64,000 bases of DNA, taken from Candidatus Poribacteria bacterium (GTDB taxonomy: Bacteria; Poribacteria; WGA-4E; PCPOR2b). A model generated the notes under the pieces. That model saw nothing but the letters and a program-made list of their open reading frames with translations, had not been told where the DNA came from and made no database searches. Shown in pieces: positions 9,924-20,640 of this stretch. The stretch lies in assembly GCA_965218095.1 (NCBI GenBank), contig OZ244587.1:4512001-4576000 (forward strand), read 5' to 3'. The position numbers and the translations under genes are program-made. Within the stretch, counting starts at the first letter, position 1; every line of letters begins with the position of its first letter.

Positions 9924-10913
9924 TTAAAACAACTGCCCCTGATCAACAATTGGACGAAGTTGGTCAACCGCATAATCTATATATTTTTGCTGCGTTTCAA
10001 TTCCGATATGCGTTCTGCCTAGTTTTTCTGCAGCACAATTTGTTTGCCCACTGCCGGCAAAAATGTCAATCACCGAATCCCCTTTATAAGAGTAAAACTG
10101 GATGACCCGTTCCGCGAGTTCCAACGGGAATGGGCACGGATGCAGATTTTCTTGTGGGGCTAATGGACGGATTTTCCAGACGTTTTTACTTTTCTCGCCT
10201 TGATAGTCTTTCAGGTCGATTGTGTTATCTTTTTTCTCTTCGTCACTTCTATTCCAATAAATGTTGCTCTGATTTTTCTTATCAGCAGGTTTTTGGAAGA
10301 CAAAAATATATTCGGCAACCAAACTAGGGTAGTAATATCCGGGATAGGGATGCTGCAACAAAACCCCTGACCGCCTATCCCTCGCAACCGGCTTTTCCCA
10401 GATAATATCCTTCTTGAACTGCCACCCAGTTTCTTCAAGCCAACTGACAAAATGAAACGAGAGTGCGGTACGCGCGCCGTTCCATAAGACCGGGGCGATA
10501 TTTACCACATTGTGTCCCCCCGGCTGAGTGATTCTCAGCAACGCCTTGAACCGATCTACCAGAAAAAGCCGATATTCCTCGTAGGATATATCTTCTCGCT
10601 CCCATCGCGCTTTGGTGCCGTGCAGTTTTTCAATGTGCTCCTCGTAATTGATTGCGTTCAGGTAGGGAGGCGAGGTGAACCCAAGCATAAAATGGTTGTC
10701 GGGAAAATCCTCCATGACTGAGAGACAATCCCCTTTGATAATCCGCCCATTGCCAATTTTGATTTCTTGAAAGTTTTTCATACTTGTCATTGACTCACTC
10801 AAGTTCGGGCCCATCGTTAGAAAAACCGAGTTTTTGCCCGTTCTTTTCATAGGTCGAACTTGGGTTAACTCAGATTGGAGCTGTCGATTCACCGTGTAAC
10901 GGTTGTGATGCAA
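9924..10913 (-). CDS. Beta-class DNA methyltransferase (SPPY, probably N4-C)
   Basis: TSPPY, HPCPFP, DIFAGSGQT; true start probably downstream of 10913. Confidence 0.9.
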   Translation of the reverse strand: MHHNRYTVNRQLQSELTQVRPMKRTGKNSVFLTMGPNLSESMTSMKNFQEIKIGNGRIIKGDCLSVMEDFPDNHFMLGFTSPPYLNAINYEEHIEKLHGTKARWEREDISYEEYRLFLVDRFKALLRITQPGGHNVVNIAPVLWNGARTALSFHFVSWLEETGWQFKKDIIWEKPVARDRRSGVLLQHPYPGYYYPSLVAEYIFVFQKPADKKNQSNIYWNRSDEEKKDNTIDLKDYQGEKSKNVWKIRPLAPQENLHPCPFPLELAERVIQFYSYKGDSVIDIFAGSGQTNCAAEKLGRTHIGIETQQKYIDYAVDQLRPIVDQGQLF

Positions 10914-10986
10914 AATCGCGTATTCACAGATAAACGCTCGTTTTTGTATATGTTCTGTACCACTGCGAATCTGGTTAGAATAGCGT

Positions 10987-11781
10987 TTATTGTTTGGAGG
11001 CTATATCGTCTTTTGGTAAATCTCTGGGCTTCCTATTTATTCTCGGGTATATGCTGTCAAAACCCGCAAACGGTTCGGCTAATCTCCTATTTATTAGGTC
11101 TATGTACTCCGGGTTAATCTCTATTCCAATGCAATCTCTATTTAACTGCTGCGCGACTCTTGGTGTTGTTCCACTACCTGCGAATGGGTCGAGGATTTTG
11201 TCGCCTACGTTTGAAGCGGCGCGAATCATTCTTTCAACTAGGGCTTCCGGTTTCTGTGTTGGGTGATTCTCTCGCTCGGGATTAGAGTAGTGGACGTGTG
11301 AAAAATTCCAGACATCTCCGGGGTTTGCGCCAGCCATGTTATTCCTCGCTCTGTAGTATTTCTGAGGGACGCGAATATCATCTAAATTGAATGTAAATTC
11401 CTGACTCTTGTTGAACATCAGAATGTCGTCATGGCGTGGAGAGAAGCCTAATTTTTCCCCCATTCCCTGTGTATAGTGCCATACAATCCAACTATTAAAG
11501 AACATCTCAAGCTCGCGGTGTAGTATATCGTACAAATACGATATGAACCGCACTCCCATAAAAACATAGATTGTTCCTGTCGATTTCAATATCCTGTGCG
11601 TTTCCGTGAGCCATAACCGAGAAAATTCCAAATATTCGCTGAACCCTTTCAAATCGTGATTATTCCCATAATCCTTTCCAAGATTATAAGGTGGGTCAGC
11701 AATGACTAAGTCAATGGAGTTGGGGCGTAAATCCATCAAGATTTCTAAAGCGTTTCCTTGTATGATTTCGATTTTGTTCAT
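10987..11781 (-). CDS. Beta-class DNA methyltransferase (DPPY)
   Basis: ADPPYN, HPTQKP, DPFAGSGTT. Confidence 0.93.
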   Translation of the reverse strand: MNKIEIIQGNALEILMDLRPNSIDLVIADPPYNLGKDYGNNHDLKGFSEYLEFSRLWLTETHRILKSTGTIYVFMGVRFISYLYDILHRELEMFFNSWIVWHYTQGMGEKLGFSPRHDDILMFNKSQEFTFNLDDIRVPQKYYRARNNMAGANPGDVWNFSHVHYSNPERENHPTQKPEALVERMIRAASNVGDKILDPFAGSGTTPRVAQQLNRDCIGIEINPEYIDLINRRLAEPFAGFDSIYPRINRKPRDLPKDDIASKQ

Positions 11782-11817
11782 GGCTTGTTCTAAGCGGTGG
11801 TGGCTTACGGTGGGCTG

Positions 11818-12675
11818 CTAGACGAGACAATACTGGTGGTTGACAAAGGAAATAATCCTGTCCTCTGGAATTTCTCTAACTATTGAAATCATTTGGGCTG
11901 TCGTTGGAATCCTTAATCCACTCATACTTTTGGCTAATTCTAACCATTGACCAAACCCTTTTTTTGAAGCAATAAATTTTCTGTCAAGCATTTGACAGAA
12001 CTCCCACGTTGTGCGAACGGCTCTAGTAACGTAATGTATATCTCGAATCTGAAGCTGTCCTGTGCCTAATGCAGGGTTATAATTTATATCAGAATCTGAT
12101 ATAAATTTCAAATCATAGGCGTTTTGGTCAACTACCTCCATTATACCATTCATCATTTCGGTGTTTTCATCCCTGGTTGAATAGACTTTATGTTTCAGAG
12201 ATAAGATAACGAAAATGTAATCGGGGTCTTCAACGTAAGCTGTCCTTATTCTTCCAAAAGTGGTTATATTTGGAGATTTCCCACTGTTTTTTATATCCTC
12301 TGCTGTTGCCTTAACATCAATTTCCGCTGTTATGCCATATTCATCCTTGCTTATGCGTTTGAACTGTAAGGTAATATCAGCCCTGTGTAGTCGTGTACCT
12401 GCTTCGAGGTGAATAAATTGATACTTGTTGTTTCTGTCCTCTAATATTTCTTGAAAAATCTCTTGTGCCCACGCCTCGATAAATGGTCCAGCAATCTTGT
12501 TAATGTTTTCCATTGGCAATCCAAGTTTGAGGTTGGTGTTTATTATTATGTTGTTCCTGTCGCTATTGATGGCATCTTGGATTATTCCTTCTACGGAATT
12601 AACGACAAAATCTGAGTTTTCTTGATAGTCTGGCGACTCAACGGGAATTTTGAACTCTAAATCAGAATAATTCAT
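11818..12675 (-). CDS. Putative type II restriction endonuclease
   Basis: ADITL...IDVKAT PD-(D/E)xK-like motif; AT-rich; adjacent to MTases. Confidence 0.65.
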   Translation of the reverse strand: MNYSDLEFKIPVESPDYQENSDFVVNSVEGIIQDAINSDRNNIIINTNLKLGLPMENINKIAGPFIEAWAQEIFQEILEDRNNKYQFIHLEAGTRLHRADITLQFKRISKDEYGITAEIDVKATAEDIKNSGKSPNITTFGRIRTAYVEDPDYIFVILSLKHKVYSTRDENTEMMNGIMEVVDQNAYDLKFISDSDINYNPALGTGQLQIRDIHYVTRAVRTTWEFCQMLDRKFIASKKGFGQWLELAKSMSGLRIPTTAQMISIVREIPEDRIISFVNHQYCLV

Positions 12676-12774
12676 AGATTGGAACTCTTAGCATTGAACC
12701 GATTGATTCAGATTGGAGATGTCGATTCTCTCTTTAGTGCATTTGTTCCCCAAATGGCTTCCAAGTCCGGTGTG
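12654..12774. repeat. 121-bp direct repeat copy B
   Basis: Matches 8174-8294. Confidence 0.95.
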
Positions 12775-13172
12775 TCAACCATTCCGATACCGTGCATCAT
12801 CATCAAAATCGTGTCAAATGGGCCTCCACTAAATTCAAAAATGTTGGCACACTGGACTCGATTAACACCTCGTTTGTGCATAATTTCAACAGCTTGACCG
12901 CAAATGTTGATGGCAAAAACCGACAGATCGCGCTCCTGAAGGACTAAGCTATGACAGCCGGTCCCGGCACCGACATCCAAAACATCACCTCGGCAGCGAG
13001 CTATAGCGACGTGCTCTATGAGAGAGAAATCTTTAGAATCTCGAAAGAAGGTGCTGATTGGGAGCTCGGTTGTCAACCCATCATCCGTGTGAATGACAAC
13101 TTTCGCAGAGATATCTCCATTGAAAAAGTCAAAGAGAGCTTGTCCGTAAAGATCTATGGATTTGAGATTCAT
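12708..13172 (-). pseudogene. Class I SAM methyltransferase, truncated and fused to a DNA-MTase C-terminus
   Basis: VLDVGAGTG; last residues TPDLEAIWGTNALKRESTSPI nearly identical to the end of the 8228 MTase. Confidence 0.7.
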
Positions 13173-13264
13173 GTGTCACCAATGAAGAATTATAACGCAA
13201 CTCTGAAGCAGATGCCGTTCAGTTCAAAATAACCCACCCGAAACAACACCAGAACAGATTCACT

Positions 13265-13735
13265 TCACCCAATCAATTGCTGATACAGGTTCGCCATCTC
13301 AATCGCAGCGACAGCCGCCTCTGCTCCCTTGTTGCCCGCCTTCGTTCCGGCGCGTTCGATTGCTTGCTCAATGGTATCGGTGGTGATGACGCCGTAAATC
13401 ACGGGAAGCCCAGTGTTAAAGGAGACTTGCGCGATGCCTTTCGCGCTTTCGCCGGCGACGTAATCGAAATGCGGTGTCGCACCACGAATCACTGCCCCAA
13501 TGCAGATGAGCGCATCGTATCGCCCGCTTTCGGCGAGGCGTTTTGCCGTAGTGGGAATCTCAAATGAACCGGGCGTCCAGAAGATGTCTACATCGTCGAG
13601 GTTCACGCCGTGTTGCTTGAGTGCGCCAAGTGCACCATCTAACAATTTGGTGGTAATAAAGCTGTTAAATCGACTGACCACTATTCCGATTTTCAGTCCC
13701 GTGCCGATTAGATCGCCTTCATAGATGTTTGGCAT
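13265..13735 (-). CDS. ribH: 6,7-dimethyl-8-ribityllumazine synthase
   Basis: [32 protein letters not shown]. Confidence 0.97.
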   Translation of the reverse strand: MPNIYEGDLIGTGLKIGIVVSRFNSFITTKLLDGALGALKQHGVNLDDVDIFWTPGSFEIPTTAKRLAESGRYDALICIGAVIRGATPHFDYVAGESAKGIAQVSFNTGLPVIYGVITTDTIEQAIERAGTKAGNKGAEAAVAAIEMANLYQQLIG

Positions 13736-14991
13736 CATTGATTAGCGCATTCATCACAGTGTTGCGCTGACTCCTCCTTCTCATCGTCGATTATGTGTAA
13801 TAGTAAATGCCCGAGCTTTGTTCGTTTCGTTTCCAGGTAGCGACGGTTGAATTCGTGCGGGAGGGTTTGCAGCGGAATCCGCTCGACAATCGCAAGGTTA
13901 TGTCCCTCCAAACCGCTGACCTTTCGAGGGTTATTTGTCAAAAGACGCATCTTCTGCACACCGAGATCGGCCAAAATTTGGGCCCCAACGCCGTAATCTC
14001 GCAAATCGGGGGGAAAGCCAAGTTGCTCATTCGCTTCGACGGTATCGAGTCCCTCGCTATCCTGCAACTTGTAGGCGCGAATCTTGTTTCCAAGCCCCAT
14101 GCCACGCCCCTCCTGGCGCATGTATACCAGTACGCCTCGTCCCCCTTTTTGGATTAATTCCATTGCTGTCTCTAACTGTTCGCCACAGTCGCAACGAAGC
14201 GATCCGAACACATCTCCAGTGAAGCACTGTGAGTGCATGCGTACCAACACAGGTTCACCGTCTGAAACATTGCCCTTGACAAGCGCGATATGGGTCTTTT
14301 GATCATCAGCACTCTCGTAAGCATGGAGCTTGAAATATCCGTGCTTGGTTTGGAGGTCTGCTTCCGTAACCCGCTTGATGAGCGTTTCCGTTTGTCGCCG
14401 ATACGCGATGAGATCCGCAATGGTGATGAACTTTAGCCCGTGTTTTTGAGAAAACTTGAAGAGTTGAGGCAGTCGCGCCATCGTTCCATCTTCATTCAAA
14501 ATCTCGCAGAGGACGCCCGCCGGATAGAGCCCTGCGAGCTGTGCGAGATCAACTGTTGCCTCAGTATGCCCGGCCCGTCTCAGTACACCGCCAGCCATCG
14601 CGCGTAACGGGAAAATGTGTCCCGGACGTACGAAGTCCTCCCCTCTTGTCTGCGGATGGACAAATTTCTGGATCGTATGCGCACGTTCATACGCGGAGAT
14701 GCCGGTGGTCACATCTTTGGCATCAATTGTGACGGTAAACGCCGTATGCATCTGGTCCGTGTTTTCCGAAACCATTAGTGGGAGATTCAACTCTGACAAA
14801 CGCTCCGCGGTTGCAGGGAGACAAATCATGCCACGCCCGTACTTTGCCATAAAATTGATCGCTTCAGGCGTAACTTTTTCAGCCGCCATGGTCAGGTCGC
14901 CTTCGTTTTCCCGGTCCGGATCATCAGCGACGATAACCATCTCGCCACTCCGAATCGCTTCAATCACTTCTGGAATTGTATTAAACTTCAT
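13735..14991 (-). CDS. ribBA: Bifunctional DHBP synthase / GTP cyclohydrolase II
   Basis: [32 protein letters not shown]. Confidence 0.97.
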   Translation of the reverse strand: MKFNTIPEVIEAIRSGEMVIVADDPDRENEGDLTMAAEKVTPEAINFMAKYGRGMICLPATAERLSELNLPLMVSENTDQMHTAFTVTIDAKDVTTGISAYERAHTIQKFVHPQTRGEDFVRPGHIFPLRAMAGGVLRRAGHTEATVDLAQLAGLYPAGVLCEILNEDGTMARLPQLFKFSQKHGLKFITIADLIAYRRQTETLIKRVTEADLQTKHGYFKLHAYESADDQKTHIALVKGNVSDGEPVLVRMHSQCFTGDVFGSLRCDCGEQLETAMELIQKGGRGVLVYMRQEGRGMGLGNKIRAYKLQDSEGLDTVEANEQLGFPPDLRDYGVGAQILADLGVQKMRLLTNNPRKVSGLEGHNLAIVERIPLQTLPHEFNRRYLETKRTKLGHLLLHIIDDEKEESAQHCDECANQ

Positions 14992-15011
14992 GGGCTATGC
15001 CTTTTTAAGAA

Positions 15012-15112
15012 TAGGAGTTACGCACCTAACGCAGGTCAAGAACTGCCAAGCCTGCATCTTGTATCAGGATTCAAGAGGCATGATGTCGATTGAGCCAACA
15101 GCATAACTCCTA
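15012..15112. mobile_element. IS701-type MITE (101 bp) inside rib operon
   Basis: taggagttacgca ... gcataactccta ends resemble the IS701 end. Confidence 0.6.
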
Positions 15113-15131
15113 AGGAATTGACAATTATCGA

Positions 15132-15776
15132 TTAAACGTATCCGTGTTCCTTTAAGAATCCTAAATCAATTGATGTGTCTTGGGTGGATTGGTGCATCAA
15201 CAATCGCTCGATGTAACGCCCCAATAAATCAACTTCAATATTCACGTGAGCGCCAACCTGTTTACGCCCTAGTGTTGTCACCTGTTTGGTGTGGGGGATG
15301 AGGGCGACTTCAAATCCCTTGTCCAACAGATTCGCGATGGTCAGACTGACACCGTCAACGCAGATAGACCCCTTATATGCTACATACCGCATCACCTCTG
15401 CAGAGATGGAAACCCGCATCAAAGATGAGGTTCCTTCGTCCTGCCAACCGCTAATGATCCCGACTTCGTCAACGTGCCCCAAAACAAGATGCCCGCCCAA
15501 CCGATCATTCAAGCGCAACGGGCGTTCAAGGTTGACCGCATCGCCCGGCTTGAGAGAGCCTAGCGTTGTGCGACGTAATGTTTCAGCCGAAACATCCAGT
15601 GTGAAACGACCTTGAGTTGCACGGGTTATTGTTAAACAGACGCCATCCACCGCGATGCTATCCCCGACCTTGCTATCTGATAACACCTGCGAGGCACCGA
15701 TGGCAAGCTCTCCTGTTTGAGCGCCATGTTGAATTTGTTTAACGATACCGAGTTCTTCAACAATTCCTGTGAACAT
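15132..15776 (-). CDS. ribE: Riboflavin synthase alpha chain
   Basis: MFTGIVEE N-terminus, GDSIAVDGVCLT, GGHLVLGHVD. Confidence 0.96.
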   Translation of the reverse strand: MFTGIVEELGIVKQIQHGAQTGELAIGASQVLSDSKVGDSIAVDGVCLTITRATQGRFTLDVSAETLRRTTLGSLKPGDAVNLERPLRLNDRLGGHLVLGHVDEVGIISGWQDEGTSSLMRVSISAEVMRYVAYKGSICVDGVSLTIANLLDKGFEVALIPHTKQVTTLGRKQVGAHVNIEVDLLGRYIERLLMHQSTQDTSIDLGFLKEHGYV

Positions 15777-15961
15777 AATTGCGTAAAACGTAAAGCGCCA
15801 AGGCTTTAGAGACCATCTCAAAAAGCCTTGGTAGCGACAGAGCCATTTGAATAGATCCGTTGGCAAGTATGAGTCGATTGGCGTGTTCAATATGCATCAC
15901 AAAGTCGTTATTCTGCACCTTTATTGAGGTCATTCGGAGCAACAGCTAGAGCATTCACAAA

Positions 15962-17149
15962 TCATTTACCTGCACATCGTCTGGCATCAACAAGCAAGTT
16001 TGGTGTTTGTTTCTCCAAAAGCTTCGTTTCGTGCTTCACGTACCCTTCAATCAGAAAATCGCCGTTGATTTGGGTCATTTTTACGTCGCGAAGTTCAAAT
16101 GCTTTAGACAAACACTCAATTCCCTCGCCATCAATTGGCCCCGGCGCATTTTTGCCGCCAATCAGCTTTGGTGCAATGAAGAACATGATTTTATCAACAA
16201 TACCGGCTTTTAAGGCAGAGGCGTTGATTTCACCGCCGCCTTCGATGAGCACGTTCGTGATTTCCTTTCTCCCAAGCTCACGCATCAACGCCCCTAAACA
16301 AACCCGCCCATCTTCTTCTTCGATGACCATGACCTCAGCGCCAACGGCTTTCAGGCTCTCGATATTCTTCGGTGGCGCATTTTCTGTGACCGCCATCAGT
16401 GTACCTGCATCGTTGTCTGGATTAAAGATCTTTGCTTTCGGTGGTGTGCGCCCTCGTGAATCAACGACAATACGGATGGGGTCTTTGCCGTTCGGATCCG
16501 GCAAGCGCGTGGTCAACGACGGGTTATCGCGTAGCACCGTGCCAACGCCGACGAGAATTGCATCGACCTGATCGCGAATCTCATGCCCTTTCAACCTCGA
16601 CGCCTGCGAAGTGATCCACTGCGATTCTCCCGAAGCTGTGGCGATTTTTCCGTCAAGACTGATTGCAGATTTGAGGATGACAAACGGATGTTTGGTCATG
16701 ATATATTTGATGAATACTTCGTTGAGCCGCCGCGCCTCACCCTCACACAGGCCGACTTGAACATGAATCCCCGCTTCTTCGAGTTGACGTATGCCATTCC
16801 CGGCGACCCGCGGATCCGCATCCGCCATTGCAACGAAAGCATTCGCTATTCCTGAACGGATGACCGCTTTGGTGCAGGGCGGTGTCCGTCCCCAATGGGG
16901 GCACGGTTCAAGTGTGATGTACATTGTCGCGCCGCGTGCGAGAGGCCCCGCCTGATTTAGCGCATGAACCTCCGCGTGGGCGCCCCCAGCCTTTTGGTGA
17001 TAGCCCTCGCCGACAATCTCACCATCTCGGACGATTGCGGCGCCGACCAAAGGATTCGGGCTAGTGCGTCCACGCGCTCTCGCCGCTAACAGTAAGGCGC
17101 GACGCATGAACTTTTGATCTGTCTCTGACCATTGGATGCGCTCGGACAA
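15962..17149 (-). CDS. ribD: Riboflavin deaminase/reductase
   Basis: PNPLVGA, HAE, TLEPC, SLDGKIA, IEGG; probable TTG start after AGGAG. Confidence 0.96.
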   Translation of the reverse strand: MSERIQWSETDQKFMRRALLLAARARGRTSPNPLVGAAIVRDGEIVGEGYHQKAGGAHAEVHALNQAGPLARGATMYITLEPCPHWGRTPPCTKAVIRSGIANAFVAMADADPRVAGNGIRQLEEAGIHVQVGLCEGEARRLNEVFIKYIMTKHPFVILKSAISLDGKIATASGESQWITSQASRLKGHEIRDQVDAILVGVGTVLRDNPSLTTRLPDPNGKDPIRIVVDSRGRTPPKAKIFNPDNDAGTLMAVTENAPPKNIESLKAVGAEVMVIEEEDGRVCLGALMRELGRKEITNVLIEGGGEINASALKAGIVDKIMFFIAPKLIGGKNAPGPIDGEGIECLSKAFELRDVKMTQINGDFLIEGYVKHETKLLEKQTPNLLVDARRCAGK

Positions 17150-17161
17150 GCATGACTCCTG

Positions 17162-17194
17162 AAAATAAAAAAGCCCAAAGATCGGTCTTTGGGC
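17162..17194 (-). terminator. Intrinsic terminator (FMN riboswitch expression platform)
   Basis: gcccaaaga-ccga-tctttgggc followed by a U-rich tract. Confidence 0.85.
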
Positions 17195-17207
17195 GGAAGA
17201 ATCCCTT

Positions 17208-17334
17208 CTGCCTTCTCCCATCCGGACTTTCACCGTCGGCTCTGGAATCACACCAAATCTGTCCCCGATCGCAGATCGGGGGACTCGCGGGCTTTACCGC
17301 CGGTAGGGAATTGCACCCGTCCCCGAAGACACGC
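17208..17334 (-). ncRNA. FMN riboswitch
   Basis: cttcggggacgggtgcaattccctaccggcggtaaagcccgcgag ... gccgacggtgaaagtccggatgggagaag upstream of ribD. Confidence 0.96.
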
Positions 17335-17529
17335 AAATTCTATGATTTTCCAATGCTATTCACGATTTCTGATAAATCGTGTTACATAATTATATCATAG
17401 CCTGTTTGATAAATCAAAAAGAACAACACATGAACTAGAAATTCCCCATGAGACCTGATTTCTACAAGCGATTTCTACACATGAACAAATTGAGAAGTGG
17501 TATAATTTTAATAAGGGGCGACCTCAACT

Positions 17530-18146
17530 TGAAGAAAACTCCTCGTACTTTTCGTTGAAGAAATTCTGAAGTGAAGGATTAAGTGGTACGGTTGTGTCGT
17601 GTTATTGAAATACAGATGTCCTGGGAGGTCGCAAGATACTATCCAACAACAAGATCTCGCCACTACGAGTCGATTCGTCCAGAACTGGAAGATCTCCTGC
17701 CTCATGCTGATAAGATTCAAGCAACGTCCCATTTTTGGACGGAAAAACGGGGAAATCTCAAGGCTTGTACATAAACCGCTTATGTCAAGAAAGCACTGGA
17801 CGATGACAGTGATGATGGAGACGAAGCGTGGAAGTTCAATAGGGTAGATTCCGACTCAATCGAACTTGTGTGCCGTAACAATCTCAATGTTTATAGCGGC
17901 ACGGCGAGGTTATATGGTCGTTTCCATGGCACCTTGAGGCAAGATGGTGTTGATAGTGTCTTGAAAAGCGCCATCAAGCATGGCTCGTATTCGCAAGAAT
18001 CGCTCTATTTCTCTACCGAAGCAATGCCATCAGTTCGGGAACTCGCCCAAAAGGTCGGCGACTCGCAAGGGCAGAAAATCCACCTTTATCCCCAATCAAT
18101 GCGTTGGCGTTGGCTAGATCTTGCACTTGCTGAATATCGCAGATAA
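17530..18146 (+). pseudogene. Hypothetical gene with several in-frame stops
   Basis: ORFs 17583-17774 and 17868-18146 share a frame across TAA. Confidence 0.4.
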
Positions 18147-18179
18147 CGAAATTACGCATCACGTTTTACGTTTACGGGG

Positions 18180-18280
18180 GATTGAAGAAGAATGCAACCG
18201 TTTGCGGAGATCGGCACGCACGAGGAACTAATGGCCAGATGAATATAAAGATTCTATTATCCGCAACAGTTTGAGGTGTT
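18180..18280 (+). pseudogene. ABC transporter ATPase C-terminal stub
   Basis: AEIGTHEELMAR motif just before the DUF1854-like gene. Confidence 0.45.
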
Positions 18281-18405
18281 GATTGTTGACCACGGTTTTA
18301 AGATTCTCAATCGCTGGGGAGGGTATGCCGGTGAACCATACGGACAGGGATCCGAGCTTGTAATTGAGTTTGGCCACAGCAACTGATATTATGGTGGAGG
18401 ATGCG

Positions 18406-18978
18406 ATGACATTTGAAGAGAAAGAAATCGAAACACTCGCTGAGAATGGAAAAACAAAAGCAGAGAAAACGGTCACGCCAATTCAGGTGACGCACCCTGA
18501 ACACGTCCATCCGAAGGACATTTGGTTGTTTCGAGAACCGCCATGGGCGCTGCGGATGACGATCGAAGGCGACCGTTCGTACCTCAAGATCCGGATCGTT
18601 TGTGCCGCGCCCTTATCCCAACCGTCGCGGTATATCTGCTTCCTCGACGAAAAGAATGAGATCATCTGCACGGTTGAGGATCCGCGCGTCTTGGACACCG
18701 AGTCTCAGCGCATCGTCAAGGAGGAACTCAATCAACGGTACATGACCGCCATCATCGAGCAGGTATACTCGCTTCGGAACGAGTTTGGTGTATCTTATTG
18801 GGATGTGCAGACCAATCGGGGAGGCCGAGAGTTTGTGGTGCGGAACGTCTCCGAGAATGCGCAGTGGATTTCAGAACGTCGCCTGCTGTTGGTTGATGTG
18901 GACGGTAACCGCTTCGAGATCCCTGACCTGGACGCCCTCGATAAAAAGAGCCTTGGGTTAATCGAAATGGTGCTCTGA
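18406..18978 (+). CDS. DUF1854-like protein
   Basis: APLSQPSRYI, WDVQTNRG, DVDGNRFEIPD; GGAGG SD. Confidence 0.75.
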   Translation: MTFEEKEIETLAENGKTKAEKTVTPIQVTHPEHVHPKDIWLFREPPWALRMTIEGDRSYLKIRIVCAAPLSQPSRYICFLDEKNEIICTVEDPRVLDTESQRIVKEELNQRYMTAIIEQVYSLRNEFGVSYWDVQTNRGGREFVVRNVSENAQWISERRLLLVDVDGNRFEIPDLDALDKKSLGLIEMVL

Positions 18979-19278
18979 AAGTCTGCGCAGTGTCTGTGGT
19001 GGAGTCACCGGTTTATGACATCGGCAGACTCGTTTCGGAACAGAAATTCCTATGGTAGGGTAAAGCAAAAAGAAATTGACCAGATCAGCATTCCATTTTT
19101 CCTTGCCTTTTCCCCTAAATACGCGGTATAGTTTTTTAGTTCTTACTCAGTTTTTCCATTCTGAGCGAAGCGAAACATCCCTGGACTCTTGTGCTAGAGA
19201 GATTTTTCACCTCATTCGAGATGAAATAACGTGAGACTTTAAGCAATTATCGTCACGTTCTTAAAGGAGGAAATCGCG

Positions 19279-19971
19279 ATGCAAAAACCCGATTTTGCCC
19301 GAACCGATTTCAGTCAGTTTGTAGACAAGGATTTGCGAGTCTTGATTGAGAATTTCCTACAGCCGGGACGGAGTTATGAAGAGATTGCTCAATTGATTCA
19401 CCGTCTGCCAACGGCGCTCGAATCAATGTTGAATAGCGAATCCGTGTTCAACACAATTCGCGACCAGAATCAATTGATATTAGAAATTTCCCCGTTTCTG
19501 TTCTTCAATGTCCTCTTGCGCCGGAGCCTGGTCGATCAGCAAATTTTAGGGGATAAAAAGGTGATTAACTATATCGCTAACCTCCTGAGTATTTTCGTCA
19601 GGACAGATCGATTGCATCGGATTCGTCGGCACAATGAACAAACCTATCCGTATTTGACCGATATGATTCAAGAAGCGGTAAACGCAGACGCCCGTCGGCA
19701 GTTTTTAATCTACTCCCATATCGGTAACTACTCGCTTTATATCACAGGATTCTTTCCGCAATGGGTTGAATATCGTCGCCGCTATAAGAACCGTCCTGCG
19801 AGTACGCAATTTTATATTGATTTTAGGCGTGAATACTACGAGCGCGCTTCGGCGCATGCGATGGCACGGGAATTTGAACTGGATGAAGTCTTTTTCCGTC
19901 TGTCGATTATGTTTGAAGTCTATAAAGGAGCACTCAATCATCTTGCCAAACAGTATCTGGTTCTTTCATGA
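19279..19971 (+). CDS. Hypothetical protein
   Basis: Strong SD AAGGAGG; 230-aa open frame. Confidence 0.75.
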   Translation: MQKPDFARTDFSQFVDKDLRVLIENFLQPGRSYEEIAQLIHRLPTALESMLNSESVFNTIRDQNQLILEISPFLFFNVLLRRSLVDQQILGDKKVINYIANLLSIFVRTDRLHRIRRHNEQTYPYLTDMIQEAVNADARRQFLIYSHIGNYSLYITGFFPQWVEYRRRYKNRPASTQFYIDFRREYYERASAHAMAREFELDEVFFRLSIMFEVYKGALNHLAKQYLVLS

Positions 19972-20229
19972 GCGCATGAATTTCGAGACTAAGAAATTGG
20001 ACATCGGTAAGATAGAAGGAAAGGACAAGAAGAAAGGAAGGGTGGAAAGAGAGCGATTGCACGTTCTACGTTTTATGCATCACATTTTAGGTGTCACGCT
20101 TGTCATCTTATTATCGTTTACGAGCCTGCCAGGTGTGGTCTGATCGTTTGGGGAGAATCCAAACCTCCACCGTTTTCATTTGTCGTCATTGGAGATACCC
20201 GATCCGGAGCCCGTAATAAGTTGTCACCG

Positions 20230-20614
20230 GCACACGTAGGCAGTGACGCACTAGAAAACTTAGTCTACTGCTGCCCAAAGTGCAATGAGTACAAAGGAAG
20301 TTATTGGTATGAAATTCATCCACCATACATCTGATTGCTGTATCTGAAACAAGATGACTTGACCGTGCATATTCGTGAAAACATGGATGGTAAAGTTGTC
20401 GGCTTAACGAAGGAAGCTGTATTTTTTATTCAACGCTTGCACCTGAATCGTCCATCACTTTGCGCATATTGACTGAAGCGGTGTACTGAATAATTACTCA
20501 AAGGTGAACTTCGCGCTGCTCAGGAACGAGAACAGGTCCTGCTCCAGCGAATTAAGGAGCTGGATGCTGCCTTGCAAGACGGCACCACGCAAATTCAGGC
20601 AGAAACGAATTAAG
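20230..20614 (+). pseudogene. HNH endonuclease remnant
   Basis: GSDALENLVYCCPKCNEYKG ... IQRLHLNRP with three in-frame stops. Confidence 0.7.
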
Positions 20615-20640
20615 AACCTCCTTTTGTTTTTACAGCCCCC

